Virus record (IMG/VR): IMGVR_UViG_3300002461_000717
Span: 1-37,704 of that record
DNA: 37,704 nt
From: a virus
Strand: one strand, 5' to 3'
Shown: piece by piece, positions 34,067 through 37,704 of the stretch
Layout: each line of letters opens with the position of its first letter
Position numbering within the stretch: the first letter of the stretch is position 1
The notes under the pieces: model-generated
Database searches by the model: none
Seen by the model: the letters and a program-made list of their open reading frames with translations, nothing else
Told to the model about the DNA's origin: nothing
Position numbers and translations under genes: made by a program

Positions 34067-34642
34067 TTATAGAGAGCATTGTGATTGATCTTGTGATTTC
34101 CTGTCAACCTTGTTTAGATATTTGTGACAAATATATGCGCTCATACACACATTCATCAGATCTTTAGTGCTTTGATAAAGTTTAACATTGGGCATACTTC
34201 CATGTTTGTCTAGTTGCACAAAATAGAATAGGGTATCAATTTCATGTCCATTGGTCTTCATAAGGTATTGGTAAAATTGTCCCTGGAGCTGCCAAAGTTT
34301 GTCATTAGCTGTAGCGCTTGTTTTCCAATCCACTAAGCACCAAGCACCTTCTACTTGGATAATTGCATCTATTTCTCCTGTAATTTTAAGGGTGTCGCAG
34401 TAAAGACGTCCTATTGACTGCATAGGATATTTGCATAGGGTGTACCATCTCATAAAGCTGTCATAGTATCCTTGAGCCACTTCACTGACTGGAAGGTGAA
34501 TGTCATTATGGAATCCCATAATAGCCTCATGCACCTCAGTCCCTATTTCACCTTTTCTTTTAATTATCTCTGGAGGGATCCCCTCAAATTGAGGCCATTG
34601 ACCTAAAATCTCTGATACGCGAGTATAACCGGGTTTTATCAT
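34067..34642 (-). CDS. PD-(D/E)XK (RecB/Cas4-like) exonuclease
   Basis: GEIDAIIQ...CLVDWKTS is a D...(D/E)xK motif and QLQGQFYQYL is a QxxxY motif. AGGAGAGG Shine-Dalgarno. Partner to recT. Confidence 0.8.
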   Translation of the reverse strand: MIKPGYTRVSEILGQWPQFEGIPPEIIKRKGEIGTEVHEAIMGFHNDIHLPVSEVAQGYYDSFMRWYTLCKYPMQSIGRLYCDTLKITGEIDAIIQVEGAWCLVDWKTSATANDKLWQLQGQFYQYLMKTNGHEIDTLFYFVQLDKHGSMPNVKLYQSTKDLMNVCMSAYICHKYLNKVDRKSQDQSQCSL

Positions 34643-34677
34643 AGTGTTTTCCTCTCCTAGATGTTAATCTTAAAGAC

Positions 34678-34706
34678 TTGACTTTGGCAGAGGGAAAATT
34701 TATAGT
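34678..34706 (+). promoter_or_regulatory. Near-consensus sigma70-like rightward early promoter
   Basis: TTGACT (34678-34683), 17 nt spacer, TATAGT (34701-34706). Confidence 0.55.
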
Positions 34707-34728
34707 CAATGAATAATCAGAGGGAAAA
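34688..34728 (+). promoter_or_regulatory. Two 11-bp direct repeats CAGAGGGAAAA (operator candidates)
   Basis: Copies at 34688-34698 (inside the promoter spacer) and 34718-34728 (just downstream of the -10), 30 bp apart. Confidence 0.5.
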
Positions 34729-34736
34729 ATCAATCA

Positions 34737-34973
34737 ATGAGACAAACCGCTAAGATAAAAATAATGGCTTACCTTGATGCAACCGGTATGACACAAAAGG
34801 AATTGGCCTTGAAATGCAAGATCACCCCTGAAGGATTGTGTAGGGCATTGAAAAGAAATAAGCTATCTGCTTTGTTAGCGTATAAAATAAATAGGTACAC
34901 TTACGGGAAAATTAGCTATGAAGACCTAACTGACGATCCTTTCCCTAAGAAAAAAAAGAGGAGGACTACTTAG
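34737..34973 (+). CDS. Helix-turn-helix DNA-binding protein (Cro/antirepressor-like)
   Basis: GMTQKELALKCKITPEGLCRAL is HTH-like. First gene after the early promoter. Basic tail PKKKKRRTT. Confidence 0.65.
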   Translation: MRQTAKIKIMAYLDATGMTQKELALKCKITPEGLCRALKRNKLSALLAYKINRYTYGKISYEDLTDDPFPKKKKRRTT

Positions 34974-35074
34974 ACCCTCCCCTCTTACCCACACGGAGAT
35001 ATTGATGAAGAACCTGAATATAAAAAAATGTTTATTAAAATCCCAGTATTTTATACATAAGAGGAAAGGTTATC

Positions 35075-35527
35075 ATGATATCTCTGGATTTGTTTGGAAC
35101 ACCTGTCGCTTCAGCTAGACCAAGATTCAACTTCAAAACTAAGAGCGCCTATGAAGATCCACAACAGGGCAAACTTAAAGAAGGTGCTAAATGGCAGCTA
35201 AAGTCTCAATATAGGGAAGAACCTTTAGGTTGTCCCGTTTACGTTGACCTTACGTTTTATCTTCCCATTCCAAAGTCTACTTCCAAGCCTAAACAAAGGC
35301 AGATGCTAAATGGTGCAATGCATCACATTTGTAAACCAGACATTGATAACTTGCAAAAGTTTGTGTTGGATTGCATGAATGGCATTGTCATTGAAGATGA
35401 CAGAAGAGTGGTAGAAATCAGAGCACGCAAGGTTTACAGCACCAAGCCTGGTACCCTCATTAGAATTATGCCTATAAGACCTGAACAGTATGAGCAAATA
35501 GATGGAAGTGATCCAAGAAAAACTTGA
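35075..35527 (+). CDS. rusA: RusA-family Holliday junction resolvase
   Basis: PVASARPRF, KPDIDNLQKFVLDCMNGIVIEDDRRVVEI. GAGGAAAGG Shine-Dalgarno. Confidence 0.88.
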   Translation: MISLDLFGTPVASARPRFNFKTKSAYEDPQQGKLKEGAKWQLKSQYREEPLGCPVYVDLTFYLPIPKSTSKPKQRQMLNGAMHHICKPDIDNLQKFVLDCMNGIVIEDDRRVVEIRARKVYSTKPGTLIRIMPIRPEQYEQIDGSDPRKT

Positions 35528-35720
35528 TAAAGAATTTTTTATTGATATAGTGATCAGTGCGCTAGAGTTAGAGCAAATTCTAAAAGGCGAGATGATTTCA
35601 GTAGAATTTAGCTTGGGTAGGGAGAACGTCAACTTAGGAATAAGAAAACCTATAGAAGGAGAGAGTTATGCCCCTGAAAAAAGGAAAGTCCAAAAGAGTC
35701 ATCAGCGAAAATATAAGTGA
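35502..35720 (+). CDS. Hypothetical protein (72 aa)
   Basis: ORF track. Overlaps rusA by 26 nt and the 35668 ORF by 53 nt. Confidence 0.4.
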   Translation: MEVIQEKLDKEFFIDIVISALELEQILKGEMISVEFSLGRENVNLGIRKPIEGESYAPEKRKVQKSHQRKYK

Positions 35721-35826
35721 GATGGTACACGCAGGCCATCCGCAGCGCCAGGCAGTAGCAGCCGCATTAAGCACAGCACGCAAATCTGGTGCTAAGATTC
35801 CTAAGAAAAGGAAGAAGCGTGGATAA
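35668..35826 (+). CDS. Small basic conserved-looking protein (52 aa), below the ORF-track cutoff
   Basis: AAGGAGAG Shine-Dalgarno. Translation [52 protein letters not shown]. Resembles a widespread small-protein family (MP..KGS...I..N...E...G.P..QAVAIAL) by memory. Confidence 0.55.
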   Translation: MPLKKGKSKRVISENISEMVHAGHPQRQAVAAALSTARKSGAKIPKKRKKRG

Positions 35827-35875
35827 TTTTTTTCACAACATTATAAATGAACCAATAGCAATTTCACTGGAGAAA

Positions 35876-36163
35876 ATGCATGAAATTTCCAAACTTATCA
35901 ACGCACGGGCGCAGTCCACAAATATTTCACTTTTCCCATTTATTACTCTCTTTGCAGATAAGATTGATGAGCTAGAAGAAGCAGAAGAGAATTTTAAAGA
36001 AGCATGTATCCATATGCAATCTGAGGCTTCTGAAGAATTGCAGATGTGCAATGTAAAAGTCTCCCTATGCGTCTCTATATTGGTGAATTTCTTTTACCCT
36101 ATGATTGAGCAGCTTGAAAAGATTGTTGAAGACGGAATCATGCTAGAAAAGGATTTGAGGTAA
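35876..36163 (+). CDS. Hypothetical protein (track ORF begins at GTG 35789)
   Basis: The first in-frame ATG, at 35876, follows GGAG. The longer form would overlap the 35668 ORF. Confidence 0.5.
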   Translation: MHEISKLINARAQSTNISLFPFITLFADKIDELEEAEENFKEACIHMQSEASEELQMCNVKVSLCVSILVNFFYPMIEQLEKIVEDGIMLEKDLR

Positions 36164-36165
36164 AA

Positions 36166-36366
36166 ATGAAAGTTGTCATGACTTTGAAGAGCGGCTTGAT
36201 CATAGAAATTCCTGTACAAAGTTCAGAAGAGCTTGAAAGCATTCATATGAAAATGAGTAATTTCAAGAGATTCTTTGAATGGGATGCTAGAATGTGGATC
36301 AGAAAAAAAGAAGTAGCATCTTATGAGCTTGTTAATGCAGGACCAAAAGATGATGAAACTATATAA
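36166..36366 (+). CDS. Hypothetical protein (66 aa)
   Basis: ORF track. Begins 2 nt after the previous stop. Confidence 0.55.
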   Translation: MKVVMTLKSGLIIEIPVQSSEELESIHMKMSNFKRFFEWDARMWIRKKEVASYELVNAGPKDDETI

Positions 36367-36374
36367 AAATTCAC

Positions 36375-36397
36375 CCCCTCCACAAGTACCTGTGAGG
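36375..36397 (+). terminator. Weak terminator-like hairpin
   Basis: CCCTCCACA-agtacc-TGTGAGGG (one bulged C) followed by CATTTGAAATTT. Confidence 0.3.
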
Positions 36398-36602
36398 GCA
36401 TTTGAAATTTGAAAAGGTTATCCCTACTATTGCATTCATCGTAATGCTCTTAGTATTTGGAACTTGCATGTCAATGCTCTTCAGGCTACATGTAACATAA
36501 GGGTTATTATCAGACCATAGGAACATAGGGAAAATAGTCTATGAAAAGTGTTTTTCTGTTTATGCTATCAAGTATTTTCTTTATCCGGAATTCAAGGCAG
36601 TC

Positions 36603-37070
36603 ATGGTAAGTCCAAAAGATCCTAGATATGTTTTATGGTCTCAGCCTCAGTCTTATTACAATAAACCTGAAGCCAAGCTGGAACCTAAAACTCACCTACC
36701 TTGTGCGAGATGTTACCGATCTTTCAAAGTAGAAAAGCACTATCAAATGTATTGCTCAGATCATTGTGAAAAAGTTACAGAGGCTGAATTCTCAAAGCTC
36801 AAGGAAGATAAACTGAACACAACTTGTCAAGATTGTGGGATTAAGGTTCGCAATCCTGAAGAGAATTCTTGCAGAGCTTATTGCTTAATGTGTCTTAGGA
36901 AACGCGCAAGGAGCAGATATAAACCTGTGCCAGAAGCAGACAAAAAACCCTTCAAACCAAAGAATAAAGTTCCTCTTGGAGAGCTCATAAAACGCTCAGA
37001 GAATGAGAGAGTTTGGAATGATTCTGGATGGTCACATTACTTAAAGGGGCGCAAATGGGACAGAATTTAA
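36603..37070 (+). CDS. Double Zn-ribbon (CxxC) protein
   Basis: CARC...CSDHC and CQDC...CLMC pairs. Basic C-terminal half. Confidence 0.6.
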   Translation: MVSPKDPRYVLWSQPQSYYNKPEAKLEPKTHLPCARCYRSFKVEKHYQMYCSDHCEKVTEAEFSKLKEDKLNTTCQDCGIKVRNPEENSCRAYCLMCLRKRARSRYKPVPEADKKPFKPKNKVPLGELIKRSENERVWNDSGWSHYLKGRKWDRI

Positions 37071-37348
37071 TGCCTGATCCAGCTGCTATGAGGAAGTGCA
37101 TGATTTGCGGTGAAGAGAAATTGGTGTTAATTGATTTCCCTTCCTACGTAAATGGGAGCATTTGCAAGAAATGCCGCAGTCAAAAAGAGAAAATCAGAAA
37201 ACAAAAACATTTTGGCATGAAGCCTGAAAATCATTGGAAATTTAAACGTTTTGGCCCTGGCCCAAACCTAAAGGAAATTTATGGACAAGAAGATACGGAA
37301 AATAGAGAAAGAAACAAAAAAATCACTCAAAGACCTCAAGCAACTTGA
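37070..37348 (+). CDS. Zn-ribbon (CxxC...CxxC) protein (track start 37028)
   Basis: TAATG overlap with the previous stop at 37068-37072. Contains CMICG...CKKC. Basic tail. Confidence 0.55.
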   Translation: MPDPAAMRKCMICGEEKLVLIDFPSYVNGSICKKCRSQKEKIRKQKHFGMKPENHWKFKRFGPGPNLKEIYGQEDTENRERNKKITQRPQAT

Positions 37349-37418
37349 AAAGCTAGATAAAAAAAGAGATCCAGCTTGTGACTTAGGGAAAGAGATGATG
37401 AAAAATAAGAAAAAGAAA

Positions 37419-37541
37419 TCAGCCAAATAAGCTGTTTGCTATTCCGAATGTACACATCAATCCTATGATAAAAAAGACTAGGTATATTCCATCTTTGGCT
37501 AGATCCTGTGAAGTTTCTGCTGTAAGTTTGGTTTTGGCCAT
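37419..37541 (-). CDS. Possible 40-aa membrane peptide
   Basis: AAGGGGG Shine-Dalgarno. Translation MAKTKLTAETSQDLAKDGIYLVFFIIGLMCTFGIANSLFG with one TM segment. Confidence 0.4.
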   Translation of the reverse strand: MAKTKLTAETSQDLAKDGIYLVFFIIGLMCTFGIANSLFG

Positions 37542-37610
37542 AGTGCCCCCTTTTTTACCACAATCCTCCTAAAGAAATTATTTGTCAAATCAGCAAGTTT
37601 CATGATTAGC

Positions 37611-37704
37611 CTAAAAAAAGTTGTTAAAAAAAAGATTTGATGGTAAACAAATTTTCATGATCTCAAAATAGGAATGAAGATGGGAAAAGTATTTGGAAAA
37701 GGTG
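37611..37704. repeat. Terminal direct repeat, right copy (identical to 1..94)
   Basis: Same 94 nt as the window start, including the start of ORF 64..255. Confidence 0.95.

Noticed and set aside
1-37704. Looked for CRISPR arrays, tRNA/tmRNA genes, reverse transcriptase (DGR/retron), transposases and toxin-antitoxin pairs
   Set aside because: I saw no regularly spaced direct repeats, no cloverleaf-compatible sequence in the few non-coding gaps, no RT (YxDD) or DDE motifs in any ORF, and no recognisable TA pair.

Overview
The window is a complete, circularly closed or terminally redundant dsDNA tailed-phage genome. Bases 1-94 are repeated exactly at 37611-37704, so the unique length is 37610 bp. 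The genome is AT-rich and densely coded, with many ATGA/TAATG stop-start overlaps. Modules read from the sequence: (1) packaging, 64-2050 (+), small and large terminase; (2) a reverse-strand accessory block, 2034-5500, with five DUF551-like paralogues and a metallophosphoesterase; (3) portal plus a cluster of tiny charged proteins, 5572-9509 (+); (4) a reverse-strand island, 9502-11675, holding a U-box (eukaryotic-type E3 ubiquitin ligase) protein with a bilobed membrane anchor, a related membrane protein, and about 650 bp of ORF-poor, hairpin-rich DNA with its own promoter-like and terminator-like signals; (5) scaffold, major capsid, tail and probable internal virion proteins, 11817-23574 (+), podovirus-like in layout; (6) three paralogous beta-helix tailspikes, 23997-29181 (+); (7) a leftward early region, 29381-34642 (-), with two SpoVG-like proteins, a replication initiator, RecT/Bet and a PD-(D/E)XK exonuclease; (8) a rightward early region, 34737-37348 (+), with an HTH protein, RusA, small proteins and two Zn-ribbon proteins. 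I saw no tRNA, CRISPR array, integrase, DNA polymerase or endolysin. All functional calls come from reading motifs in the translations; no database search was run. The most interesting signal is the U-box/membrane-anchor cassette and the adjacent candidate large ncRNA. This suggests, as inference only, a phage of an intracellular bacterium of eukaryotic cells such as Legionellales, Chlamydiae or an amoeba symbiont.
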